From assembly GCA_010909165.1 (NCBI GenBank), contig MU008161.1, forward strand, positions 2,182,909 to 2,246,908: a DNA stretch of 64,000 nucleotides, read 5' to 3'. Of this stretch, positions 11,857 through 24,575 are shown one piece after another (within the stretch, counting starts at the first letter, position 1; each line of letters opens with the position of its first letter). The stretch comes from Anthoceros angustus. Its lineage: Eukaryota; Plantae; Anthocerotophyta. Below the pieces are notes generated by a model. The model saw only the letters and a list, made by a program, of their open reading frames with translations, had not been told where the DNA came from and made no database searches. A program made the translations under genes and the position numbers.

Positions 11857-12913
11857 GGTTTTGTGTGGAGGAGAAGCGCAGGCTCAGGAGGTTTGTTTCA
11901 AGACAGGTTTTCTAAGGTTGGGGCTCACGTTTTATGATGAGAGCTTCTGCTTGAGGTAAATGGAAGGCAGAGTAAGGTGCTGTCATGTCTTCCTGCTTTC
12001 CTAGGCTTTGTGTCATGTAGCCATAGATGTGAACATCGGGGTTGTGGAACCACACCGAAGATGCATCTTGGTGAAATATCGGCTGGGCCAATCTCCGGCT
12101 GGTCCATGAGCTCCGAACCCGGCAGCATGTCCGTAAGTCTTACACTCTTACTGGTGGAGAACTGGTCGAGCAAGGATCCGGATCCTTCCATGCGCTCAAG
12201 AGACGGGAAGAGTAGGTTGTGGGAATTGTTGTACTCGCACCCAGTTTTTGGGCCTTGTAGAGCTTCCACTGGTTTGCTTGCTCTGTTATTGCCTAGGCTA
12301 AGGTGCTATTGCAGATGTGTGGCAAACTTCGTATCAGGTGAGGCTTTTGTGCAACCTGCAGGAGTGGTAATACTGAACAGGTGTGTATAGATCATCAAAT
12401 TCTAATCTGTACAGCTTGTGCAGTACCAGTGGGCAGCACCCGGTATGCATCTGTCTTGGCCCTTCCATGAAGAACGTTCGTTCCCTCGTTACTACCCATC
12501 TACTGTAACCCATCCACCCATCTCACCAGCAGCAGCAATTTAGCAGCAACAACTTACACACCTGGTGCAGCAACCTTCATCACCAGTCTTTTTGAATGTC
12601 GAGCCTCTGGCAAGATGTAAGATCATTCAGCCTAGATCTGGAATTACATAAGCCTGACGGATGTTTTTTTGTTCTCATCTACTGCAAGCCTGGTCATTTT
12701 ATCGTCGTCGAAGATGCGTCCATGAGAGAAGCACGCGTATATGGAAAAGTAACTCGACTCAGCACCAGTTGCGGGTTAGGTGAATTCTTGCGTTCCTAGT
12801 CGCGTAATTCTTGCCCTCTCGTGTAGGTAGGTAGTCGTTGGCGTGTTCAAATGATCCTCCCGGGTGCTTGCTCCTGACTGCTGCAGCCGGGGTGCGGGTG
12901 TACGCGAAGTCAG

Positions 12914-14929
12914 ATGGTCGGAACCAGGAAGAACCGATCGACAGCGTCTGCACCAGCTTCTGTGCCCGACATTGAAGATATTGCGCTTTCCCATGGCAAG
13001 GTGCCCAACTTCAGCAACCAAGAGGCAGGCAGCATCAAATCCAGCCTGCTGTCCTGGTACGACAGCAACCACCGAGTTCTGCCATGGCGGGAGAACCCCT
13101 TCTCCAGAAAAGCAGAACCTGGATGTTCCGACCGGGCATCGGAGGAGAAGAAGGCCTATGCTGTGTGGGTTTCCGAGATGATGCTGCAGCAAACGAGGGT
13201 GGCGACTGTGGTGCAGTACTATCAGCGGTGGATGGAGAAGTGGCCAACTCTGCACCTGCTTGCTCGGGCCTCGCAGGAGGTTGTCGTCTCGGGATTTTTC
13301 TTGTGCTACAATCTGAGAGTCAAGGAATGCTGGGTTTTGCCTGCTGAGGGAACTGTTGCTGTGGGCAGATATTGGGTATTTTCTCCATGCTGGCTGAGGC
13401 GTCTTTGTTGGTTTCTGAGCAGGAGGTGAATAGCATGTGGGCGGGGCTGGGGTACTACAGGCGGGCTCGCTTTCTTCTTGAGGTGGTGTGGCCTTTCCTT
13501 GTCTCCCTCAGTGTCTGCAATTACTACGGCTCAGCAAGTGCAGCAGCTCATGCAGCATGTGATACCCAACCTTTAGGGCGCCCAACACATTGTGGACTCG
13601 CACGGTGGGACTTTTCCGACGTCACTGTCTGAGCTGCAGAAAATTCCAGGCGTTGGAAACTACACAGCTGGGGCCATTGCATCCATCGCGTTCAACCAGG
13701 TTGGTGGTACCTGAATGAATCCTCTTGTCCGCTGTTGTGCTAGGCATGTGTGTCGCTGACCCGAGGTTTTCGTCCTTGTGGTGACCAGCCGGTGCCTGTG
13801 GTGGATGGGAATGTTGTGCGGGTGCTTTGTAGGCTTCGAGCTATTTCTGCAAACCCAAAGGCGTCCACGTCTGTCAAGCTTTTCTGGTCTGCCAGCTCTT
13901 CCTGGGTGTTGCTTTGAGGCAGAGAGGGAAAGCAGTACTCTCTGACATACTGGCTGCCGATGCAGGGCACTGGCAGAGCAGCTGGTGGATGCCGACAGGC
14001 CTGGTGACCTGAACCAGTCCTTGATGGAGCTGGGAGCCACTCTCTGCTCATCCACATCCCCTTCTTGCTCCACCTGCCCAATTTCAAGCCAGTGCCACGC
14101 CCTGTCCTTGGCATCACAGCCCCAACCGAGTGCGGCCGTCACCGACTTTCCTACCAAGGTTGCCAAGCCCGTGCCCCGGAACGAGTATGTGGCAGTGTGC
14201 GTCATCGAGAGAAGGCCATCCTCTGCCCACGACGACTCCTCATTTCTGCTCGTCCGGAGGCCAGAGCAGGGGCTACTGGCCGGTCTGTGGGAGTTCCCTT
14301 CCGCCATGTTGGCCAAACCGGAGAAATCCTCACGGGCTCGCGTGGCTGCCATGGACCTGTACTTGAAAAACAAACTGGGTCTCAAGATTGGGGGCAAAGG
14401 CTACGCAGTGAGCGCCAGGCAGGAGATTGGAGAGAACGTCCACATCTTCTCGCACATCAAACTGCACATGTCCATCGAATGGCTCCAGCTAGGTGTGTAT
14501 GTATGCTTATTTTATGCATGTGAGGCCTCCCTTCTCCGCAAGTTATTGCCGCAAAACCCATTACTCCATAGCAGCATCCCTAACGGCGAGCGTGTCGCCC
14601 TGGAACCTGCAGATGCATCCGACCTCCCACCAGAGGCCAAGGCAGGAGATGGCTCCAACCTGAAGTGGGTGCACGGCACCGAACTCCACGACACGGGCCT
14701 CACAACCGGCGTCAAGAAGGTGCGCAGACAAGAAATTCACTTCCCACAAACTCACAAACTCGCTTGCCACAATTTAGGGTTCGTTGCAATTAACCCTCTC
14801 TCGTTTCACACCTGCTGCTGCCGCTGCCTGGTTCAGGTGTTTCAGCTGTTCTCGGAGTTCCGGCAGCGACAAAGCAAGCCCGCGAGTGTGAAGACTCCAA
14901 ACAAGAAGAGGCCGAGACAACAACTGTGA
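12914..14929 (+). CDS. MUTYH: A/G-specific adenine DNA glycosylase (MutY homolog)
   Basis: [23 protein letters not shown], HhH motif [12 protein letters not shown], 4Fe-4S motif C-x6-C-x2-C-x5-C and a NUDIX-like [10 protein letters not shown]. Several introns. Confidence 0.95.
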
Positions 14930-15166
14930 TTCATGTAAGCCTGATTTGTTCTGCATGTCACAAGAGACAAAAGTAGGTAGGTAGAAACACGGGACGCCAC
15001 CTTGCCTGCGGCAAAGCTCTGGGAACAACCCAACCCTGCAGGATCCTTCCCAAGGAGAATCCTCACTTCAATTCTCTCCCGTGTCGAAAATCCCTGCCCC
15101 CTGTTCCTGCCCAGCACGCCTAATCAAGTTCCTTAAAATGGTGACCTAAAATCAAAATGCCTACTT

Positions 15167-16306
15167 CTACGCTGTAACAGGTTGAAGCTTCGAAGCAAGC
15201 TGGTGGATAACAAAACCTTTGTCCTCGCCGACATCATCGTCCTCGGCCAACAGCGCATCACGGAAGCACTGCGCGGCCCAGGCGACATCCTGCAAGCCCA
15301 CATGGTAATGCGTGACCATACGAACACAGTTATCGTCCGCGGGCATGCACAGCACCCCCCTTCCCCGAAGCTTCCTGCAAACCTCGGCCGCGCTCCGCCC
15401 CCCTACCACCTGCGCAATCACAATATTGCTCTCCACAGGCCCGAGCAGCCGCAGTCCCGCAACCTCCCCAGCGCCGCCCAGCCTCCAGGCGGTCCCATTA
15501 TCCGCCGACCCGGCCCGCCATATCCGCAGCGCCACAATCCCCGCGGCCGCCAGCACCCCGACCTGCCGCATCCCGCCTCCCAGCGCCTTCCGCAGCCTCC
15601 TGGCGCGGGCGATGAAGTCCGCCGACCCCAGCAGCAGGCTCCCGGCGGGCGCGGCCAGCCTTGACAGACACACCGAGACGGAATCCGCCCCCGCACCAGC
15701 TCGGCCGGATCCACCCGCAGCCCGGCCGCGGCGTTCAGCAGCCTGGCCCCGTCGACGTGCAGCCTGGCCCCGTTCGCTCTCGCCACTTCCCCGACCCGGT
15801 CCGTGTACTCGCCGAGACGCATCTCCCCCGCACCGGCTATGCGTGTTCTCCAGGCACACCAGGCGGGCGACCGCGCGGAGGTAGAGATCCGGGCCCCGCC
15901 CTCCGGGCGCCGCCACCGCCTCCTCCACCGCCCGCAGGTCCAGGCTCCCGTCCGCGTTGTTGGGCAGGGGGCGGAAGTAGACGCCGCCCAGGAGGCAGGC
16001 CCCGCCCTGCGCGTCCAGGTAGACGTGGCTCTTATCGCCCACCACGGCCTCGGAGCCCCGGCCGTCGCAGTGCAGCAGCAGCGCCAGCAGGTTGGCCATG
16101 CTCCCCGAGCACACCAGGAGAGCCGCCTCCTTCCCCAGCATCCGCGCCCCCTGCTCCTGCAAAGCCCGCGCCGTGGGGTCCTCGCCCAGCACGTCGTCGC
16201 CCACCTCCGCCGTCGCCATCGCCGCCCGCATCGCCGCCGTCGGCTTCGTCACGGTGTCCGAGCGCAGGTCCACCACCCGGGCCCCCGATGCCGCCTCCTC
16301 CGCCAT
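15167..16306 (-). CDS. THA: Low-specificity L-threonine aldolase, intronless, with apparent homopolymer frameshifts
   Basis: VDLRSDTVTKPT, GDDVLGEDPT, CLENTH, LHVDGARLLNAA (in an alternate frame), RKALGGGMRQVG. Confidence 0.88.
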   Translation of the reverse strand: MAEEAASGARVVDLRSDTVTKPTAAMRAAMATAEVGDDVLGEDPTARALQEQGARMLGKEAALLVCSGSMANLLALLLHCDGRGSEAVVGDKSHVYLDAQGGACLLGGVYFRPLPNNADGSLDLRAVEEAVAAPGGRGPDLYLRAVARLVCLENTHSRCGGDASRRVHGPGRGSGESERGQAARRRGQAAERRGRAAGGSGRAGAGADSVSVCLSRLAAPAGSLLLGSADFIARARRLRKALGGGMRQVGVLAAAGIVALRIWRAGSADNGTAWRLGGAGEVAGLRLLGPVESNIVIAQVVGGRSAAEVCRKLRGRGVLCMPADDNCVRMVTHYHVGLQDVAWAAQCFRDALLAEDDDVGEDKGFVIHQLASKLQPVTA

Positions 16307-16720
16307 CGCTGTTTCTGCGATGCCTGCAGGCGATGCTGCTGCAATTGCAGGTCCAGCTCGCGAGCCCGCGAGCCCGCGAGCTCGCCTCCAACCGGAAAGG
16401 CAGGGCGCGGACTGTACAGCATGCATGCGACACCCGACGCGGACCCGTCACGCGAGTTTACATCTATCACGGCATGGACTGTTAACGCCGACCAGAGTTC
16501 CCGCCAACTGTCTCGTCGCCCAACAAAGCAGCACCAACACCACCAACGAAACGGGCGTGACATTTCAACCTCAACCATTACCAACTTACTATAACTTAAA
16601 ACCTAATAACTACTAAATATTTGTAATTCAAAGTCTTGGCTCACTACTTGGGATCTGAAGAGTAAAGAGGGTGGATTGTCGTAAGTGATATCAAGGAATT
16701 TGAGTGCCTAATCAATAGAT

Positions 16721-16889
16721 AGATGCATTACGAGAGCTCATCCATTTGTTAAAGTTTATTGACACTCATAAACAAGGTATTCCTCTTACCATCAAGGAAT
16801 CAATATATAGATGTTGTAGTGCATTGCGAGAGCTCATCCATTTGTTAAAGTTTACTGACACTCATAAACAAGACATTCCTCTTACCATC
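16721..16889. repeat. Two-copy ~96-bp tandem duplication
   Basis: GAGAGCTCATCCATTTGTTAAAGTTTA.TGACACTCATAAACAAG..ATTCCTCTTACCATC appears twice. Confidence 0.85.
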
Positions 16890-16959
16890 TCTGGCCTTGT
16901 CTAGGTATTCTCAACAAGAATGTGGATGGATGAGACTCTCTCTCATATATGATTATAGC

Positions 16960-17600
16960 TTCCTTGCACTCATTTGGCGGAGCTCTTCAATCTTCACGAG
17001 GAACTCGATTGTCTGATCGTGTGGGCGCTCACAAAGCCATCTTTGCGCTCAAGTCCCTTTGGCTTTGGTGGCAGGATACGAGACACTTGTAAAGCTTGTT
17101 GTAGATGGCTTCAGCATGGGGGCTGCTACGTCCCTGCACACAGCAACCCGATATGTAGCTGGCAAGTATGAGGATCAGGGTTTCCATGGGACCAGGTGAG
17201 GCCTCCCAGTCTGTTGTGCTAGCTAAATATGGAGCACGACATATGTTTTTTTCGTGAAATCATGGCTGATCAATATTAGAGACTAAAACTATAAGCTCCT
17301 CGCTAAGGCCTACAACTTAAAGATCGAGATCCGCACCAAATTCAAGGATAATAAATGACTCATCATCCGCGAAGACTACGTGTTTTTTAAAGAGCGCACA
17401 TCGACGGCAAATGCTTCTCCCCATCGAGGCTAAAAGCTTGGTGATGAGATCCCCGTCCACCAGCTGTTGCATATGAACTAGGGTTGTGGCTGAGAGCTCA
17501 ACACTGATGTTATGACGATTGCACTTTTCATCCCATTGTGAGAGAGCTGGGTTGATCGCGACTGGGCACGATGGCAAACTGGTGGATCACATCTAGCAGG
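16960..17600 (-). mobile_element. Decayed L1-like LINE reverse transcriptase fragment
   Basis: VVFADD motif with RT-like flanks; stops and frameshifts. Confidence 0.5.
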
Positions 17601-18194
17601 GTGTTTGGGTGGTAGCATGGTTTGGTGGTACACTTTAGTACCATATGGCTTGGTACACTTGGTTACTTTGAAAAGGATAGAGAGATGTGAGAGGGTGACT
17701 TTAAGTTTTCATTAAAATAATATTTCAATATATGTTAGTTTCACTTTTATATACTTTTCGTTTGCTATTATTTACTTTAACTTACTTTTACTTTTACTTG
17801 GATCTGTTTTTATCCGGTGGTAAGTCAACCGCCGCTTACCCCAATTCGCCTTACGCTGGGTGCACTCTCGCTATTGCCATCGCGGCTCGATCTTTGAGTT
17901 GATCCTTCCCCGCCAGGGCTCGATGCAATCTCACACTTGCTCACCCACATCCGGCCCGTGATCGCACACTCCGCGGGCTCAAAAGTTCGCGTGTCGAGCT
18001 CTGGTTGTTGTAATCAACCCTTTGTCTTTGCATTGTGAGCTATGTGGGGCTTCTTATAGGAGCCCTCCCTTCCTCATGCGAGCGGGCTCCCCACATGCAA
18101 GATCGAGCGCTGGAATCAGCAGTTTGTTTGTGCGATTTTGAAGGTAATGTGCCTTGTGTGTGGCAATCGGTGTTTTGACCACGAGGCTTGCTAC

Positions 18195-19523
18195 GCTCTT
18201 GTGTGCACATGTGCGGGATGCAGGGCATGAGATCTTTGTCGCGTGAGGTCTTGGCCTTGGAGTGGGTGCCGGCGGCTTCTCATTGTCTGTGGTGTCCTTT
18301 GAAGAACTTGAGCGGCTTAACGGTCTTGTGTGGACATGTGCATGCTCTAGGTGAGGTCTTTGGGCGTGTGAGGTGCTCGGTGGTGAGTGCGGCTCCTTTG
18401 ATCATTCCGTGTGTTCAATGTCACGATGAAGGACTTGAGCCTTTGAGTAGTGCTCTTGTGTGCACATGTGCGGGATGCAGGGGGCTGAGATCTTGTGCGT
18501 GAGGTCTTGGCCTTGGAGTGGGTCGCGTGCGGCTTCTCATTGTGGTGTCAGAAGAACTTGAGCGGCCGCGGTCTTGTGTGGACATGTGCATGCTCTAGGG
18601 CTGTGGTCTTTGGGCGTGTGAGGTGCTCGATCATGCCGAGGTGCAGCTCCTTTGATCATTCCGTGTGTTCAATGTCACGATGAAGGACTTGAGCTGAGTA
18701 ATGCTCTTGTGTGCACATGTCAGGATGCAGGGCTGAGATCTTGTGTGAGGTCTTGGCCTTGGAGTGGGTGCCGGCGTGCGGCTTCTCATTGTCTGTGGTG
18801 TCCTTTGAAGAACTTGGGCAACGGTCTTGTGTGGACATGTGCATGCTCTAGAAATTTGTGAGGTCTTTGGGCGTGTGAGGTGCTCGATCATGCGAGTGCG
18901 GCTCCTTTGATCATTCCGTGTGTTCAATGTCACGATGAAGGACTTGAGCTGAGTAGTGCTCTTGTGTGCACATGTCACGGGATCTGGGCATGAGATCTTT
19001 GTCGCGTGAGGTCTTGGCCTTGGAGTGGGTGCCGACGTGCGGCTTCGGCTTCTCATTGTCTGTGGTGTCACCGAAGAACTTGAGCCGGCTTAACGGTCTT
19101 GTGTGGACATGTGCATGCTCTAGGCCGTGAGGTCTTTGGGCGTGTGAGGGTGCTCTGCATGCCGAGGTGCAGCTCCTTTGATCATTCCGTGTGTTCAATG
19201 TCAGTGAAGGACTTGAGCACGAGTAATGCTCTTGTGTGCACATGTGCGATCTGGGCCGTGAGATCTCAGGCGCATGAGGGTCTTGGCCTTGGAGTGGGTG
19301 CCGGCGTGCGGCTTCTCATTGTCTGTGGTGTCGAAGAACTTGAGCCGCTTAACGGTCTTGTGTGGACATGTGCATGCTCTAGGGGCAGAGGTCTTTGGGC
19401 GTGTGAGGGTGCTCGATCTAGTGCCGGTGCGGCTCCTTTGATCATTCCGTGTGTTCAATGTCACAGTGAAGGACTTGAGCCTGAGTAATGCTCTTGTGTG
19501 CACATGTGCAGGATCTGGGGCTG
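18195..19523. repeat. Tandem array of ~250-270-bp units, 5 full copies plus a partial
   Basis: CTCTTGTGTGCACATGT recurs at ~18196, 18453, 18704, 18959, 19229 and 19491. Confidence 0.95.
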
Positions 19524-20599
19524 TGAAACTTGCATCACCAAACTTGAGCCCCAAAGTTGGAGTGTGTTGCAGAAGAAACCGGGGCTTGTGGACAAATCGA
19601 TAAGGACCCTACGTGATCTCCATTGTGCGCCTTGACCCAGCCCCAAGTGGCAAGTAAGTCAACTTCTTTGTGTGCCAATCTGTGATACTTGGGAAACAAG
19701 GCAAGCCAGGAAGTGGTGAGACCAAAACCGCTGACCAGGAAGACAGATATTCTGTGAATGACATAGCTATCGCGCCCCCACCTGATTTACCATGCTCAAC
19801 AAAGAAGGTCCGCCACTAGGGCCTATGAGGCGTCAAGGCCTTGAACATCATCCAAGGTCTATGATGTCAAACTCCCCACATCAAACCCTGCGCATAGGCT
19901 AATCGCTGCAAAAATGGTCTCTCCTATCTAGGTACCGGCCTGCTTCTCACAACGACCCGGTCCACTATTCCCACTGACAAAAAATTGAGACTGCAACTCC
20001 AAACGACGCCATGAGCCACAATTTCTTGCAGTTTTCTTATTTTGAGATAGTCCAAAAACAAGTGCACAGGACCGAGCTCGTTTTCGTTTGCATCGCGAAA
20101 GGCGCTTGGGTTCTTTTTTTGCGGAGATAAAATGATGTTTCTTACCATTAAAGATCCAATTGATCATAGTTTTTTTCTTGTGGAGATAATTTTCTTTATC
20201 CATTTGAGTATTTTTCTCAAACAAAGTCTTTGTTTTTTGCGGAAATAATTCATCGATTGAAGGGAGATTTTTTTCCGGAAAGATAATTCGTCAATCTGAG
20301 TTTGATTTGCATTTTTGCATAGAGATAATTCATCGTTATGAGTTTTTCTTTTACCGAGAGAAAATTATGTTTCATACCATTTTGTTTTTGAAAAGATATG
20401 ATTTCATCTCAAACTCACCAAAATTTATGCTCTTAGCGGGAACCATAGGACCAGCGTTAATTGAAAAAATGATCTTAACACGTAAAAAAAATGATTTATC
20501 GATCTGAGTTTTTTTTGGGTAGATAATTCATTGATCCATTGATCGATTTGAGTTTTCATACATACAGTAGTTTTCTCTTTGTGAAGAAGAATATATGTT

Positions 20600-21290
20600 T
20601 TATTAAGGGAAAAAACGATGGGGAAAAACCCGTCCAACAGGGGACAACGAAGGTGGACCTTGGGGGTCAAGGTGAAAAGGAGCAACTAAGCTTCTTACCT
20701 AAAGTTACCTGCTGCTCCTAGAACATCATATGAAGGTTCGAAGAACAAATGGCCTGCAAACTATGGAGGTAGAGGAAGAGAAAGAAGCATCACCTGTCGT
20801 CGCCGCCTTGTGAAGGATTGCTGTCGAGAGGGCCCTTTGAAGGGCAATGGAGACTCGCTGTCTGAAGCAAGCTGTGAAAGAAGAAAGGGACAACCCCACG
20901 CCATGCCTGCGGGCGTGGTAGGGAGGAAGATGTCTTGACGAATGTCTCAATGTCTTGATGGATGAGGTGGTTGGGAGGGAGATAAGAAGGGGGAAAGGGG
21001 ATTGCGGAGTTGGCCGAGCTGGAGGCCTAAGGGGTGCAAAGTCAAGTCGTTTAAGCTAAGCAGCTACTTGGGAAAGCCAAAAAAAAGAAGCTTGGAAATC
21101 ACTATAGAGCCAAAGGGAGTGGAAAGACCTGTAGGAAAGGAGATGGTAGGGGCGGAGGGTGGAGGCGGGGGGGTAAAGGTTAACAATGTCAAGGAGGAGG
21201 AGGCGGTAAAGGAGACAAGAGAGGCGAATGATGCCATCAAGTTCAAGGGGAAACGCAGCAAATTCAGAAAGGAGGATAGGTAATGGGGTC
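20600..21290 (-). mobile_element. C-terminal/3' remnant of an RLE-type (CRE-like) non-LTR retrotransposon
   Basis: FRQRVSIALQRALSTAIL motif; 3' tail GGGTTTTTCCCCATCGTTTTTT resembles the tail at ~47.67 kb. Confidence 0.55.
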
Positions 21291-21296
21291 GAACGC

Positions 21297-21830
21297 TTAC
21301 AAGCAATGTGAGCATGGAGAAAGAAGAGCTTGTATTTTTTCCACCTTAGCCCAAGAGGAAGAGGAAAGACCCGGGCCCCAAACCTCAGCTCCATGCATAG
21401 TGGAGGGTATGACCAATGTGTTGAAAAGCTGCTTCAAGAGGTTGATATTCTGAATATTCATCTTGTATAAAGCCCGGCGCAGAGCACCAGCAGCACCCAT
21501 CCCCTTGGTGGCGCAGGAAGAGGTAGAAAATGAACAATTGGACTTCGGACCAAAAATCGTAACACCTAGGTACGTATAGGAGCGGACCATCTCCACCTTT
21601 TGACCATCATAATAGGATACGCAATCACCCTTGTAATCCTTAGAGTTGAATCGTATCATCTTGGTCTTGATCTTAGATTAACAGTGAGACCATTCGCTCT
21701 GCCAAAACGAGAAAGCACGTCGAGTTGCTGCTGTAAGCCTTCCGGGGAATGCGAAAAAAGCACTGTATCATCTGCATAAAAAAGGATAGGGATACTGTCG
21801 AGGAACAAGCGAGCGTCAGGATCACTAAAT
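21297..21830 (-). mobile_element. LINE reverse transcriptase C-terminal fragment (RTE/CR1-like)
   Basis: ILFYADDTVLFSHSPEGLQQQLDVL...TVN...KTKM...YTYLGV...LFNTLVIPSTMHGAEVWG. Confidence 0.85.
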
Positions 21831-22093
21831 GATAGAAGCTGGAGAGGTACATGAGCTCATTTAAACTTTTGCATCAATTTGAGTTTTTTTCGCAAAGATA
21901 AAATTATATTTGAAAGAACATATTTATATTTGAAAGAACGCCAACCATCCATGAAAGTTCTTAGGATCTATGTCTCATTGATATGAGTTGCTGAGTCTCA
22001 CGATCATCTCACTCACTAGCCAATTAGCATCCATAAAATAGTCCAAGTTCTTAACTCACTGGCCAATTAGCATCCATAAAATAGTCCAAGTTC

Positions 22094-22447
22094 TTAGGGT
22101 TCGCTGTTTGGTTGATCTAAGTGTAAGATGCGTTGCAAGCTCCTAAACCGTGATGCAAGTTGCGTCGTCTCATAAGACGAGCTTTGAGAAGCAGAACCAT
22201 ATGTGGATGGGTCGAATGGCGGTTCTTGCCATTGACTCCGGGGAACTCTATTTCTCTTTGGATATCTTGGTGGATCCAAATGTCCTCTACAAAGAGGGCA
22301 TGATGGACTCTCACCTAGGTTAGCCCATTGGATAATACATGCTTTATGGAAAGTATGTTTACATGTTTCCAGGTGAATAATTTGTTTGTTATTTTTTAAG
22401 GCTGAAAGACAGATGATGCACCTCTCTTCATACTTCTCCTCTTCCAT
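22094..22447 (-). CDS. Small intronless RING-H2 zinc-finger protein (putative E3 ligase), 117 aa
   Basis: CIIC...CKHTFHKAC...CPLC gives a complete C3H2C3 pattern. Confidence 0.72.
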   Translation of the reverse strand: MEEEKYEERCIICLSALKNNKQIIHLETCKHTFHKACIIQWANLGESPSCPLCRGHLDPPRYPKRNRVPRSQWQEPPFDPSTYGSASQSSSYETTQLASRFRSLQRILHLDQPNSEP

Positions 22448-22472
22448 AGGTCTCCACCTTGTCGTGATCTTT

Positions 22473-22961
22473 ATTTACAGTGCCTTGGTTATGGTATACT
22501 AGAAATATGAGTTTATCTCATCTCTCGTATTCATAGAACATGCGTCCTAAGTCCTCTTTTATAGTACTTGATGAGGGTTCTAACTAGGAGATTTACAGTG
22601 TCTTGGTTATGATATATTAGAAACATGAGTTTATCTTATCTCTCATATTCATAGAACATGCGTACCAATTCCTCTTTTATAGTAGTTGATGAAGGTTCTA
22701 ACTAGGAGTTACTAGTTAAGGTTACATGTTTTAATTAGGAAGTTGCTACTTTTTAATTTGGAAGGTGTAGACTCTAAAAATGAGGAAGGATCTCAAACTT
22801 CCAATATAGTTTGCTTCCACAAAAAACCATATTACTACAAATGAGGAGGGATGTCAAACTTTCAATATAATTTGATTCCACAAAAAAGCTTATTATTACA
22901 AATGAGGAAAGGTGTCAAATTCCAATATAGTTTGCTTCCACAAAATAACCGTTTTACTACA
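22473..22961. repeat. 118-bp doublet (22473-22708) and 61-bp triplet (22778-22961) upstream of the RING gene
   Basis: Direct reading of the sequence. Confidence 0.9.
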
Positions 22962-24575
22962 GTAACGATAAATCATAAGCACTAATTTTATTTCGCATCA
23001 CCTATTTTACACTCAATTTCCCTCATTTGACACCATTTGCTTTCTCACTAAGTGTCAAGTGAGACCATTATGCACAAGCCTTCTTTCAATATTAACTGTA
23101 CAATCATGACACCTACTTGCATACTAAAATGTTAAGTGTTATATATATCCGCTAACATACAAAGTTCAAACACAATGCATATTCCACATCAAAATCTTTC
23201 CACCAACGTTTAAGACTAATAAGTTCCAGCACATATAATGGTAGTGATGATGGACTAATAAACTCCAACAAGTGTAATGGTTATCATCATATTTGGGTTG
23301 AGAAAGCAACATTTGTTTAGAGAATTCCAAGAACTTTGAATTAAATTAGAAAATTGAAATTACAAACAGGTCCCGAGCTTGGAAGGAAAACAAAGAGAAA
23401 ACAATATGATCTCCCTTGAGAGAGAGACGACCTTGCATTAACACGCACAATGTCTTTAAAGGAAGATTCCTCCAAACATAAATGGATAGAGATGTTATAA
23501 GTATGGCCCTTTTTGGGTTGTTCCTCCTCGAACTTCAGGGGTAGATGGGATTTCCCATCTCGCCTATTAATAACGTCTACTCCACTTCTGAGTATGGCTA
23601 TTTCTATAGGCATTCTATTAAGAAAAAGGACAGTGAAGTTTTCAAGAAATAGTGATATTGTTGCTACTATAACATCTAGCTATGAGACGGAGAGATATAG
23701 AGTCACCTTCCTGGTCTTATCAATTTTTGCATGCGTATCACCCCTAGCCATATTGTACCACTGAGTTAGAAATGTGATTGCTCTCGAGATTCACACGTCC
23801 TTCATACAACCCTAACCAATGGTTAGTATTACTAAAAAAACATAGAAAAGGGTCCATATTCAAACATGGTGATAATATCCGAGATCCATATTTGCGCAAG
23901 AGTGGCCACGGAGCCCGCAACATTGTGAAAGTGCAAGTACGGAGCCCCACGAAGGACAAAGGTAGTGGCAATGTAGTGAACCCACCGAGAAACCCAAATG
24001 TCAAATGGAGGTCTGTGAAGTCGGTACTAGCAACAGCAGCTGACGGCAGATGCCACGAGAAGGCCAAACGGCCAGCCATCAGCAGGCTATGTGTGAGCAG
24101 CCGAGTGGGCAGCAGCTGGAAAGAATCCTATCTCAGCCTGTGAGGTCATGTACCTGGGCGGGCAGGATGTGGATGCTGTGCAAAGGGACGGCACTCTCCC
24201 TCGCTGCTTTCTCCTCTCTGCACCTCTCATCCAGCACTGGCAACAAGGAAAGAAACAAAAGCAGGCCCCGCCGTGGCTTCGTTTGCTACGGAGTGTTGTC
24301 CACCCCACACAGCACCGGCAACGGCCGCGGCCACCCACAAACCCACAAACCCACAAACCAGAAACGAAACCTGAGTGGAAGAGTCGGTTCTGACGTCAGG
24401 GAGTGGGCAGTGGGCTATATTATACAGGCAGTATACAGGTGGACGGGACTGTCAGGACCTCCCAAGCTTCCGTCATGGTACGTCATGTCTATCTATGTCG
24501 GCATCGGATGTTGAATGGGCGTCAAATGTGATCTCAGATCCCTTATCCTCTAGTCAGATCCGCCTATGTGGTCTA

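Noticed and set aside
15182-16616. Multiple long plus-strand Pro/Arg-rich ORFs
   Set aside because: Stop-poor shadows of the GC-rich threonine aldolase gene.
18188-19646. Cys-rich ORFs in the satellite
   Set aside because: Frames differ from copy to copy; translation artefacts of the repeat.
23341-24143. ORFs between the RING and HMA genes
   Set aside because: No motif recognised and no consistent splice model.
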